Shown: in pieces, positions 48,023 to 64,000 of the stretch
Layout: each line of letters begins with the position of its first letter
How positions within the stretch are numbered: position 1 is the first letter of the stretch
The notes under the pieces: generated by a model
What the model saw: only the letters and a program-made list of their open reading frames with translations
The model's database searches: none
What the model was told of the DNA's origin: nothing
Made by a program: the position numbers and the translations under genes
Assembly: GCF_009914755.1 (NCBI RefSeq)
Contig: NC_060926.1
Origin: the human T2T-CHM13v2.0 reference genome, Homo sapiens
Strand: one strand, 5' to 3'
DNA: 64,000 nt

Positions 48023-49544
48023 TATATCAAAACATCGTGCTGTATACCTTAAATGTATATACTTTCAATTAAAATATTTTAAAAACAAACCAATAAAAAG
48101 GCACTGCTTCTGGCCCAGGGTGAGCCATCAGATGGCACAGCTGGCCCTGTCCGGTCCCAACCAGCAGAGGGGACTGTCAATTGAGAAGCTCCAGTGCTAA
48201 ACGCTGGAATATGAAGATATGCATGGTGGGGAGACAGCACACACACACATAACACTCAAGGCCTGGTGGAGCCCACCCAGCTCAGCCTGGGTTGGGGAGG
48301 CTCCCTGGGAAGGGGATTCCTGATGTGAGCCTTCCAGGAGGGGTAGGAATTCTCTACACAGACAGGTGGGAACTCCAGGCAGAGGGGAGGCCTGAAACAC
48401 ATCACAGGCCACCCTGTCCCTAGACTGCTGAGAGGCAGGACGGGGCTACACGGCCATGGGCGTGAGTCACCAAGGACCCTGTGCCTGCTGAGGCATGAGG
48501 ACGCATTTCTGGGACGACAGAAAGACAGCAAAGGGCTTCAGACTATGGAATACCCGGAATAGGGCTCTAAGCATCTCCTCCGATGATTGTGGACTCAATG
48601 CAGGAAATGTGGAGGCTTCGAGCTAGACCAGTGACAGAGGAGGGAAAAGGAGATGGGGCCCATCAATATTTGAAACTTGGCAAAACGCAGCAAGATTTTA
48701 ATGGTTAATCAAAAATGGGAGGTGAATGGGAGAAAGAGGAGCTGACAACCACTCCCACAATTCTGGTTTCCAGGGCGTGTTATAGCTGAGAGGGCAGCAG
48801 TTTGAGTGGCTGGGCAGCAGAGGCTGGGGTTGAGGCTGGGAAGTGGCGGCAGCAGGGGAGACTGCCCCATCAGGAGCCTGCCATAAGCGTGGGATGCAGA
48901 AGGACTGGAAGGTGCTGGAGGTGATGTGGAGCTTTGGGAGAGTGTCGGAGGGATGGAATAAGTTGATGCCTGTTCCGAGACCAAGAAGTGGGGAGCAACT
49001 GAAGAAACTGGAGAGTGGGAACCAGGTTGCAGCTGGTCTCCAGATGCTGCACTCTCTGACAGCTCTCATCTATCTCACTGTCACCCAGGATTGGACAGGA
49101 CATCTACAAATGTGCATGTGTATTTGCTATAAGGTGCATTCTTTTCCCCTGGAGATAGTGACCAACCTTTCAAGAACTATTCTTGGGTATATTTTATCAT
49201 TTCTTTATTTTAGTATCTATGAAGGGAACATTATAGAAGCCATGTTAACACTGGAGAAATGTCTAATATTAAAAAACCAGTACTCTAGCAAGTAAAATTA
49301 TGTATGTGTGTAACCTCGTTCCTACATCCAGGAAATCATTAAACTAGTAGGGGGTTGTATTAATCAGAACTCTCTGTTGCAAACAACAGACAGTCTGGAT
49401 GATTTAAAAGGAACAGAAATGTATTAAGAGGATATTGGATAGTTCACAAAACCTCCAGGAGGGCTGGAGAGCCAGGCTGGATGCTGTGCCACTGACACAA
49501 CATTCAAAACTCACAGATTCTTCTGCTGCCATCCACTATGCTAG

Positions 49545-49830
49545 CTACCAGCCATGCATGGCCATGCAGCACTTGATGTGTGCCTGCCCAACTGAGATGT
49601 GCTGCAGGTGCACAATACTCACTGGACTTCGAAGACTAAACGTGAAGAAAGGACATAAAATCTCACTCAGGTTAAAATGATATCTGCACACACTGGGTAT
49701 TAAGTAAAATACATTGAAATTAATTTCACTTGTTTCTTTTTGCTTTTTAAATGCAGTTACTAGAAAATTTTACATTACCTGTGGGAAATTGGCTCCACAT
49801 CATTTCCTCTGTTTTCTATTGATCGAATTG
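49545..49830. mobile_element. MER33-like hAT element, within MLT1-like LTR fragments (~49356-49540, ~50640-50770)
   Basis: Similar to the 18575-19190 copy. Confidence 0.65.
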
Positions 49831-50609
49831 AGTCCTAAGGCCACATCTGATATTTGGGGGAAAGGAAATATACATCACCTCCAGATGGGGGCAGCCCCCC
49901 ATGCAGGGATGGGGAGCTGCCCGAGGCTGTTTTTGGAAACATCTGTGGTCCCCAACAACAGTGCTTCTGGCCTGTTTTTTCACATGGGGCTCCGCGTCTG
50001 TGGCTGACTCAATGCTGGGCTTGAGGTGGGGGTGACTGTCACATGACAGATTAGGTCAAGCCTCCATCGTGCTCAGGGTTTATGAGACAGATCACAAGGG
50101 CCTCTGGGGACTGCCTGTCGCTTGTGGTCCTGGGGAACCAACCCCATGGTCAACTCCACCTCTGAACCTCTCCTGCAAGGGGCCAGAGCATCCTGGTAAC
50201 CTTGCCCATCCTGACACCTGCTGTAGTAACTCATTCCCTGCTCTGGCACTTGAGCAACCCCTCGGCCCCACCATCCCAGGACTTCACAACCTGCCGCCGC
50301 CAGGGAGCCCTTTTTGCAACCACAGTGCCTGGCAGCAGTGACATGGCTTGCAGAAACACATCCTTGCTATTCAGTTGCACTTGCCAACGAGGCATCTTCT
50401 GGGGTCTTGTCGGGGAGATCACTGGGGGATGGCCAGCTGTTTTCATAGGAAAAGTCTGTCTGGTTCTTCATCTCCGTATTTGTCCTCCACACTGCTCACT
50501 GCATTTCTGCATCCTGGCTTTGTGTGGGGCATGCTGCTGTGGACTCCAGCATCTGTCAACCCAAATGCAAAGGCGGAGCCCACCTCGGCTGCAGGAACTG
50601 CCACACTGA

Positions 50610-51131
<522 letters not shown>

Positions 51132-51139
51132 TAGCACCC

Positions 51140-52312
<1,173 letters not shown>

Positions 52313-53286
52313 CACAGCACTCCTCTTTACCCAGTGTCATCACCTCCCTTTCTCATTTTCCTTGGCAGCTTTTCCAAAACATTTTTCAATTTCCCTCGGC
52401 TTCTCTCCTATCTGCATACTCTCCCCTCCTGTGCCCCAAACCCCACCCGGTCCAGTAGCCAATCAGCTGCATAGCAAGAGGCCTGCCAGCATGAGTGGTC
52501 TCCAGCGAGATCATGATTTACCTTGATCTTAAAGCTTTGTGTCACCCTTTCCCTCCAGATGTCCTAAAACTGACACCAGCCAATTGCAAAGCCAATTGGT
52601 GTGGAACTTTAGGAGTTAGGTTCCTGGCACAGCTTCGCCTCCCCCAAGTAGCTCCATCCATGGCACCTTCTGCTGCCTCTCAAAACTCCTCCTTCTTTTT
52701 CTGGAGGAAAACCTACAATTCAAGATCTCCAACAGAAATTGAACTAACTAGGTACCAGCATGGCCTATTTCTCCAACTTCAAGTTAACGTCAACCAAACT
52801 CATCTGGAATGTTGAGACCGAAAAACATCTAGGAAAATCTTCACAGTGGTGAGAAGGGCGTTGGATATTTGGAGACGGAGAACAAAGAAGACTGATTTTC
52901 AAGTGAGAAAGGCATCTACATTGACTGATAGCAGCTGTGACTCTTTCAGGACAGAGGCTGTTGCTGTAAGCACTGGATGATACTGGAGTGACATGACAGG
53001 CCTGAGGAGCCCTCCCCTAGTCATTCAGATTCCTGGAAGTCTCTACAACAGGAGCTGGCCCAAGACCAGGTTGATGTTGGCAGTGACATTGCCATCTCTG
53101 TAGGATTCTAGAGTGTAGCCTCTTGTCTTTGCTTCTCAGAGGTGAAACAAGTGGAGTGACTCAGACTGCCAGGTTGTGCCAGCTGGGGTCCAGGTTCGAA
53201 GGAGCTGAGACCTGTGAGGCTGTTAGGAACAACACAAAGGGCGTTCCTCATCCTGAGGACCAGGAGGAGAGGCACGCAGGACCCAC

Positions 53287-53406
53287 CACTTGTCAGCAGA
53301 AATGACAGCATGAACACTGCGGACGCCACTCATATTTTGTTCGTTTTTTCCATCAAGGAGCATGAACTTCAAATAGTGGAGGGCACTGCCAAGAGGAAAC
53401 TGATGC
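53287..53406 (-). pseudogene. Exon: HQFPLGSALHYLKFMLLDGKNEQNMSGVRSVHAVISADK (C2-like strands)
   Basis: ctaac branch point + ttgcctccctccgtag acceptor, GTG|gtgggt donor, 120 nt, fully open, phase 2-2. Confidence 0.7.
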
Positions 53407-53789
53407 CTACGGAGGGAGGCAAGTTAGTTGCAGAGGGAATTTATCTCTGCAGGCCTTGGCAAATTACAGTCCAGCATTTTGAGTGAATCTCTGTTGATAA
53501 CACCTGAGCCTGACCTGGTGAACCTTGGGCAATGACAGAGCAGTTGCTCTCACTGCGGGGGACAGAGAATCATCTGCCTGTATTGCTGAACAACACGGGT
53601 CCACCTCCTGGCCGCCAGGTAAGACCTCCAAAGGAATAAGAGACTCCAGGAAGCCGAGGAGGACCGGGTTTGAGCCCTTCCTGCTTCGTTATGAGGGAGC
53701 TGAGCCCATTCCCGTTTGAGAGGCTGTGCTACTCTTCTTTGAGCTCCACCACTCCATAGCAGGGGGCACATCAGTGATCAGTTAATCCA

Positions 53790-54785
<996 letters not shown>

Positions 54786-55523
54786 TAGCGTCTGAGGTTG
54801 TTGGGGGAGGGGGGCGGTCATTGTAAAGGCACTTGTTCATTCCTACCATTGAAGGAGCTCCTGGAACTCTTGGATGCAGGGCCCTAATATTTCTCGATTG
54901 CCATGCACCAAATGCTGTGTGAAGTCCTTTTCTATATATGATCTCATGTAATTCTCCAAACAAGCCCAAGGATTGGTGGGGGTCTCGTTTTACTTTACAG
55001 ATAAGGCTCAGGTTGGAAACTTGCCAAGGCTGTCTTGTGGGAAGGGACAGACCCTCATGGCAACCGAGCTGGGCTGAGCCAAGACCAGTCTTGGGTGTGT
55101 CAGACTTCCCTGCCCATCGAGTGAGTCTTCTGCAACCTTTGTAAAGTGCAGGCTCTGTCTCAGCAGGTCCAGGGCCTGAGATTGCATTCCATAAGGCCCC
55201 TGCCAGGTGACACTGACTCTGCTGTGGGACAACACCATGAGCAGCAAGGTCCTGTCACCACTGCTCTTGGGACCGTCTTCCCTGTTCACTCAGACTTGCT
55301 GGGGTGCAGCCACAGCTTTCCAAGCAACAGAGAGACCCAGGAAAGGAGTCCTTTGTGTGGCTGAAAACAGTGCCTCCCCAAGCCCACATCATCTTTACCT
55401 GCAACTGCCAAGGCCACATGGAGAGGCTTGCCCTTGGCCCTACAAATGAGCTCTTCACAAGGGGCGATACTAAGCTCCCGGGCCCACAGCACATCAATTC
55501 TGTCAGATAAAGGATGAACTCAC

Positions 55524-55603
55524 ATGTGCTTGGTTGAAGGGTTGTTAAGAAGTCTTTTGAAAGCACCAGGATTTTTAGGTAGCAAGTTGGGACAGGGGAC
55601 CCC
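55524..55603 (-). pseudogene. Candidate upstream exon (GVPCPNLLPKNPGAFKRLLNNPSTKH in one frame)
   Basis: ccttgtcttcag acceptor, CAT|gtgagt donor; lies inside the 204-codon non-repeat ORF 55255-55869, which reads a different frame; frame ambiguous. Confidence 0.4.
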
Positions 55604-56515
55604 CTGAAGACAAGGCGAATGAACTGAAAAACCGCAAATTGTCCCTGGGCCAGAAAGAGCCCTCTGTTCCCTTTGGGGTCCTTGGAGATGCTCGGAAGGC
55701 TCTGGTCAGGGCCATGGGAGCTGGACGTGGCCATTGCAGGACATTCAACAGGATGACCAGGCTGGGCACTAGGCCTGCTGGTGTATGCTGCAGACACTTT
55801 GGATGACTCTTGGCAAGGGAGGTGGACTCTCTCTTGTGTTTTCCCCTTCTTTTCCTTGTATTGCCTCACAAAATGCTGCTGCGGGGGTTCTTTAGGGATC
55901 TCCTGGCCCCTCCTCTCATTCTCACAGATGTAGCAACGGACGCGCCTGAGGGTGAGATCACCTATCCGGCAAAACAGACCAGACTTGGACTTGTTCCTAA
56001 CTCTGAGCGCAGGGCTCTCTCCACTCCATAACCAAGGGGCTTTGGAGGGTCAACTACGTTTAAACTGTCAGGCAGCACAGCATAAGGTCAAGGCCAGGAG
56101 ACTTGGAGTCAGACAGTTTTGGGTTCAAGTCCTCCTGCTAACACTATGTTATCTAGGGCAAATTACTGAACCTCTCTGGGCCCCAGCTTATTGAAGTTTA
56201 AAATGGGAACAATGATACCTAGAGTGGGAAACAGTGGGTGGAACCTATGAGCTGCAACAGGGAGCTTGGAAGGATGTGGTCAGGTAGTGGAGGAAGCAGA
56301 TGCTGCAGGTGGGGCCCTGGAGGAGTGGGAGAGCAGGAACAGGGCAGCCTCCATGAGGACAGTGGGAGGTTGATTTCATGGCTCAGCTTCTTAAAAATCA
56401 GAGCATGGTGGTTCTAGCACCAGCTTGGTGCCAGGCAGACCAGACTGTGAATTCCGGCTCCCCCATTGTGTGGCCTTGAGCAACTTGTCTAATGCCGTTA
56501 AAATTTAGTTTCTTC

Positions 56516-56997
<482 letters not shown>

Positions 56998-57039
56998 CTA
57001 GGATGTTTTAGGGTAGGGAGCCAGGAAACAATGCTGTCT

Positions 57040-57436
<397 letters not shown>

Positions 57437-57851
57437 TAATAAAAGGGAGGGAGAGTTGAGCCCCAAACAAAAGATGAAAAGCGATCGCTGAATTGATGGC
57501 ATCCCTTTACATTTAAGAAGCAGGTCTGCATAAGCAAGAGGGGCTTTGGGAGAAGAGTAGGGAGCAAACTCGAGTTCTTTCAGGGCACAGTGGGGAAAAG
57601 TAAAGAACAGGGGAAGCAATGAAGGTGAACAGGAAGCCCCACAGGAGGAAAAGCGAGAGAGAGGCAAACAAGAACGCTTCCTTCGGGAGAGCCAGATGGG
57701 TGGGATGGGGAGGGAACCAGCAATTCCAGTGAGGGCAGGAGGAAATAAATCATGAGAAAAACATTCAAGGTAAAACCAACTGGGATTTTTTTCTGAGAGC
57801 AGGAGAGGATGGAATGTGTGAAAATATGTCAGTGTTAAAAACACAGGGGTT

Positions 57852-58140
57852 GGCTGGGTGCAGTGGCTCATGCCTGTAATCCCAGCACTTTGGGAGGCCG
57901 AAGTGGGAGGATAGTTTGAGCCCGGGAATTTCACACCAGCCTAAGCAACACAGTGAGACCCCCATCTCTATTTAAAAAAAAAAAAATTAGCCAAGCATGT
58001 TGGTACACAACTGTGGTCTCAGCTACTTGGGAGGCTGAGATGCGAGGATTGCTTGAGCCCAGGAGTTCAAAGCTTCAGTGAGCTGTGATGGCACTACCGC
58101 ACTCCAGCCTGGGCGACAGAGCAAGACCTTGTCTCTAAAA
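57852..58140 (+). mobile_element. AluJ
   Basis: Diverged Alu dimer. Confidence 0.9.
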
Positions 58141-58179
58141 GAGAAACAGGACAAAAAACCTGGTGGGGACATGTGTTGG

Positions 58180-58415
58180 AAAGCAGGAACTCAGGAGGGA
58201 TAAGGAAACAAAATGAGGGGTTGGACATCTCATTGTCTGGATGTGGTGATTTGGTTGAGTTTCAGTTCTTTGATAGTTTTTGAGAGGCCTGGGAGGTCAT
58301 TTCCTGAGGAAGGAACTCAGATAAAACAAATGTAAGTTTCAAGTTTCAAGACCAGATGGGTCAATTTCTATGTTTATCCAAAAGAACTGTCTATGGGACT
58401 ACTGGGTCTGATTCA
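58180..58415 (-). mobile_element. Partial MER66-like LTR
   Basis: Colinear with 2140-2240 plus 2865-2945. Confidence 0.8.
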
Positions 58416-58837
58416 GAAGGGCATCATCGCATGGCAGGCAAAGCATTCAATTCATGCTCTGCTGCTAGACCAAGGGCTCCTCCCAGCTGATGCAAACTGG
58501 CCGTTCAAATTATTATTTGAAAAATAATTTTAATAGTTCTATGCCTTCTCCAAACTGTTGCGCTCTCATAATAAGAGAAAAAGGAGCAGCCTAAACGACC
58601 TGACAGGTGACTGATAGGTGTCCCAGAAAGCGACAACAGAGACCACACAGAAGAGGAAATGCGCAGAGGAGTGAAAGCTTAGAACTTTCAGACCTGGGTT
58701 TTGTCCTGAAGGGCAACAGGGTGTCCACCTGCTGCCAATGGTACTCTGTCCTTATGCTCATCTTGGTGCATGTGGGGGCAGGGAGTGTTCCAGGGTTGGT
58801 TCCTAAAATCAGAATTGTGGGGTTGTAGGACACCTCG

Positions 58838-58838
<1 letters not shown>

Positions 58839-58885
<47 letters not shown>
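58839..58885. repeat. (CA)n microsatellite
   Basis: Direct reading. Confidence 0.98.
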
Positions 58886-58886
<1 letters not shown>

Positions 58887-59487
58887 ACGTCTATGGAATT
58901 TTCAGAATATTAAGTGCAAAGAGCCTATGAAAAGTCCCTAGCAAGATAAAAAGCAAAAGTCAGAAATTAAATAAAGTTGAAACAACAAAAATAAGTCCTT
59001 TACAAGGGAATGAGAATCAGGCTGGCATCCACCTCCTCATGACGAGCATCGAGACCCTAGGAGACTCTCCAGCTTCTGGAGCAAAATCACTGTTTTTTTC
59101 CTTACAGGATCTAACAGGCACGAAGGGGGCCTCATTTTAATCCCAGTTCTGTCCAATCTTGATTTCATTTATTTAATTAGTTGCTTTAATTTTTAATATT
59201 TTGGGGCTTTATTTTTATTTATTAGACTTGTTAAAATTGTTTTCTTCAGTGAATTTCTTCAGGGCCCTAATACTTAGCTAAGCGTAGAACTATTAAAAAT
59301 ATTTTTCAAATAATAATTTTTTTAGATAACAGTAATAAGAGTTCACTTCTTAAATTTCCAGTCAAACTTATATATATCATTGATTTCCATCCTCTACTCA
59401 ATACAGCACACTATTTTTTCATACAATTTTCCCACAACCTGCCATCAGATGTTCCTTCCTCCATGCCACCTCACTCTGATTTTGAGA

Positions 59488-59903
<416 letters not shown>

Positions 59904-59981
59904 ATTAGAAGCTTCTAGTTTTAATGGATTTTATGTATTTTTCTTTTGTAGTTAGTTTTCCTATCATGTTAAAAACATCCT

Positions 59982-60128
59982 GGAGACTGATCTGAGTAAT
60001 AATAAAACTCCAGTCTTCTGTACAGCCAGCTCTGCGTGCATTACTCTTTCTCTATTGCAATTCCCCTGCCTTGATAAAATCGGCTCTGTCTAGGCAGTGG
60101 GCAAGGTGAACCCATTGGGCAGTTAACA
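59982..60128 (+). mobile_element. 3' part of an LTR8-like LTR (5' LTR of the provirus, U3 mostly missing)
   Basis: gagactgatctgagtaataataaaactcc...cccattgggcagttaaca; AATAAA at 60001. Confidence 0.85.
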
Positions 60129-63100
60129 AATTTGGGAGCTTGTCCCGGATTGCCCCTGTGGCTACCTGCCCATGGTTTGGTAGCCCCCTCCAGCAATGGA
60201 TCCGGAGGCCAGCCCAAGAGGCCTCCTAGTTCTCTTGGACTAGGGGCTGGCTCTGGTACTGTCTACTGGTGGGGCACTGCTGACCCAATGTGCATGGATT
60301 TAATTGCAATACAGAAATAGTCCTGGGAAGATGTCCCTTAACTATAGCCCTATCACAGGGTATCTGTCTGTAACCTCATGGTGGGGTGTCTGTAGCCCCA
60401 TTGTGGGATGTCTGTTTGTAGCTCCACCACCGAGTGTCATCTGTCTCAGTTTGTCTCCTGGGGAGGTCTCAGTTGGCTCTCCCTAACTAGTAGGAAGAGT
60501 CTTGGTTCAGGAGACTTCTCCTGAATCAGGAAGATCTGAGGAGATTTCTCAGATGGAATATAGGAGGATAGTTTGGAAGGGATAATCTTGGAGTTCTTGG
60601 TTAGGGATCTGATTTGGAAGGCCTTCTGTCTGTCTCATTTTTGTGTGTGTCTGTGTATGTGGAGGGGATCTCAGAAGGAACTGCTGATGGAAATCTAGCA
60701 GTCCTAACTCAGAGGACCCTCCTAATTTGTCTGGTCACAATTAGTAAGCCCTGAGGAACAGGCCTGTCTTTTGGTAAGCGCAACAGGCCTGTCTCAGGGT
60801 GACTATCTGCTCTTTGCTTTGCCCAGAGACCCCATTGTGAATTACCATCCTGAGGTCATCCCTCCCCACCTGGAGTGGATCAAAGACAACAGAGACCAAT
60901 CAGAAGAAGTTTGAGCTTTGCCAGGTTGATATTGGGTGCTGAATGAGGTGACTAGTGTCTGTTTTGTTATGTATATTTTGCTGGGATAGAAAATGTTCAT
61001 TTGGTTTCCCATGCAGCCCATTGGTCAACACCTTGCAAAATTGAGAATCTTTTACCTACATTTCCATAAAACAGAAAAGGGTGATTTTCTTTTGTAAAGT
61101 GGCTTGAACCCTACAGCTATGGCACAGGGAGCAGGGTCATCAAAAGCCAGTCTGTTGTTCTGGAATCTACAGAGAAAGGGAACCTGGAAACCTGGTATGC
61201 CAACAAAAAGGGTAGGAAATTCTTGCCAGCCAAGTTTCTGGTTTCTCTCTCTCTGTCTGTGTAAATGTTAAACATTATGATTTGTTTCCTCTGCAAGGGT
61301 TTGATTAATAGAAAAAAGGATTTGTGTGACTAGTCTTAGGCTGTAGCAAATCTGCTGTACTTTGTGCTAAGAATTTGTCTTTCTGTGTTGTTCTGTAATG
61401 GAGAGAGGAGTATCACAGGATAGAACGTGGATTTAGGACCCCTATTAGGCTGCTTTTCAAGCTAGCCTGGCAGGCTGGTCAGTTACAAACTTTGCTATGG
61501 ATCCCTGAAACCAATACCAGATGAGATTTCTCTGTCTTGTTTTGTATCCTTAACCTTGTGACCATGTGGGGATACTTCTTGGTTTCTGCCATCCAGAGGA
61601 CAGCAATTTTGGGGTTCATGTCATAGTTAGCCCTAAAAGTTATCTTGAGCAGTTAAGAACCTTTGCAGGAATGAAATTGGCTGCCCTAGACTTCTTCTGG
61701 GAAGAGCAATAGAAACGGCTCAATGCTGTGTAGCTCAGTAGCTAAGGGTTTGTCTTTTCACAATGGTGGCCCAGGTTCAATTCTTGGCTTCTGGAGTGAA
61801 TACTTTCTGGTTTGTTATTTATGTAACTTTGTCATTTATTAAGGTTCCCCACCCCCACAACCAAGAAATAACTTCTGATTCCTTGTCTTGGATAGATTTT
61901 CCTTTCTCTAAACCACGTTTGCGGAGATTTGTAAAAAAAAAAAAAAAAAAAGAAAGAAAAAAAAAGAAAAAAGCAAAGAAATAAACTGCTTACCATCACT
62001 TTGAGACACCTTATGTGTCCATGGGTAAGTTATCATATACCTTAGTTAAAACTTATTAATTTCATGTGGGAAGTTATCTGTGGTAGAATTTAAAAGCCAG
62101 AAATATTGGCTGTCCTGGCTAGAGTCTGGTAATAAGAGATTTAAAAAGATTTTTTTTTAAGAAAAAAGAGCTCTATGGTTAAAATCAGTTTAGTTAAAAA
62201 CTGATATACAAGCTATATGTATTTAAAAGGCCTTTATATTTTTTCTCTTCTTGAATTGCATTTTTCTGAAAATATTTTTTCTTCTCAGTACACTGAATTG
62301 TTCTTCTCCGTTTTGTCTTCTTGCCACTCTTGATGCCCATATGAGAAAACCTAAGATAATTACTAACAGCCTGGGACTCCTGGGGAAAATCAGAGGCAGC
62401 ACCACAAACCCCATTCTGGGAAAACCTCTGTTATTCTCACAGAAGCCCAGGAATTGAAAGAGAATATATCCCTCTCAAAATCTAAGGCTCTGTTCTGTTT
62501 TGCATTGTATTAGCTGACAGTTTTGACTTTTGTGGGTATCAGAAATTACTCCGCATTACGAGAGAAACTTAGTGTGTAATAACTAGTTAGGAAATATACT
62601 TTTGGGGATGGTTAATGGCAGTTATGGGGGGATACTCAGCTCTTTGATATTTCAGTTAGAGAAGCAAGCTCTTGGCCACCTAGAAAATATGGAAACATCC
62701 CCAGCCCCCAATGAGAGATGAGACTATCATGGGGGATGGGCTGATTACATAATGGGCTGATTGGCTTTGCGTTGCCTTGAAACAAAATGCATGATAGAAG
62801 CACTGCACTATCTTCTCCCGTAGTATTTCCCTCCTTTTTGGGGATCCGGTATTCAGTATAAAAGGGCACCCTTAATTTTGGGGATCTTTCTTCCAGCTGT
62901 GCCTGCTTATTAGGCCCTAGAAACTGCATGCTTTCCTGGACCTGTTCCTCCAAGGGCTCCACCCTGAAGCCAGTAATCCAATTAAGAAACTGGCAAATGA
63001 GAAATCTTACAACTACTGGATCTTCTGAGTATTTATATGTGTTGTGTGTGTGATGTTTATATAAAAAAAGCTGGGCCAGGCGCAGTGGCTCACACCTGTG

Positions 63101-64000
63101 TTCTCAGCACTTTGGGAGGCTGAAGTGGGCAGATCACTTGAGGTCAGGAGTTCAAGACCAGCCTGGCCAACATGACGAAACCCTGTCTCTACTAAAAGTA
63201 CAAAAATTAGCTAGGCATAGTGGTGGGTGCCTGCAATCCCAGCTATTCAGGAGGCTGAGGCAGGAGAATCACTTCAACTCGAGAGGTGGAGGTTGTGGTG
63301 AGCCGAGATCATGTCATTGCACTCCAGCCTGAGTGACAAGAGCAAGTCTCCATCTCAAACAAACAAACAAACAAACAAAAAAACAACTGATTAATTGGCT
63401 TGGAAAAATAAGCACTAAATCAAATATTTTGTCAGAAAAATAGAAATTTAATGTATTTTGTTCACGTGACTTTAGTAATCTTTTAAAAATACAGTTTTAA
63501 AGATTATTGGTAAAATAAAATGTCTTCGAAATGTAGAAATTTAGAAATGTTCTAAATTAAGGTCAGATATCAGATTTGCTAAATGCTTTAAGGTCATAAA
63601 CTGCTTCCTTGACTTTTGAAAATTGTTCAATTTACCTACTTTGGAGCATTAGACTCTAGATAAGGCCTGGGAACATGTGGAGTTAGTCATTCCCCCGCTA
63701 GTTATGCTGGAAAGAGTCAGACCTTATCTTCACTTCGTCTGATAGCCTGGGCTCCACCCCTAGTACATAATTAAAATGGCTTACTTATCAGGTTTTTCAC
63801 CAAAAATAAAAGTTGCTAAGAGTTACATTGTAACATATAATCGAGACTACTGGAGAAACAGTTTTACATACAATGTGTAGGGAAAATAGAATGTGTTTTT
63901 GGTAAAAGATTACAAGAAGGCATGGGAATATGATTTTTGTTAAAGGGAATGTAATTTTGTCTAATTCAGAGGGTTTTAAAAATTGTCTTAACCTAAAAGA
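60129..64000 (+). mobile_element. HUERS-P1-like ERV1 internal region, non-coding, continues beyond the window; Alu at ~63075-63385
   Basis: Primer-binding site TGGGAGCTTGTCCCGGAT (60133-60150) matches the tRNA-Pro PBS at 15/18, directly after the LTR. Confidence 0.8.

Noticed and set aside
60129-64000. Possible gag/pol coding capacity of the ERV
   Set aside because: No long ORF or recognisable retroviral protein motif in the visible part.

Overview
Primate (probably human or other hominoid) genomic DNA, dense in Alu, L1, L2/MIR, CR1, LTR and DNA-transposon fossils. A CpG-rich promoter-like stretch lies at the left edge and an LTR8/HUERS-P1-type endogenous retrovirus runs off the right edge. 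I see no intact protein-coding gene; most ORF-track entries come from repeats or chance. The main signal is in the unique sequence: about 20 exon-sized segments with AG/GT boundaries, all on the minus strand, from at least 53.4 kb (perhaps 58.8 kb) down to about 13.4 kb. Spliced by hand they give a stop-riddled but protein-like sequence. By eye it resembles the C2 + MUN architecture of the Munc13/UNC13D/BAIAP3 family, and one exon is split by an AluS insertion. I read it as an old, intron-containing, probably unitary pseudogene of a divergent UNC13-like gene. The family call rests on remembered motifs, not a search. Repeat subfamily names are from memory and repeat boundaries are approximate.
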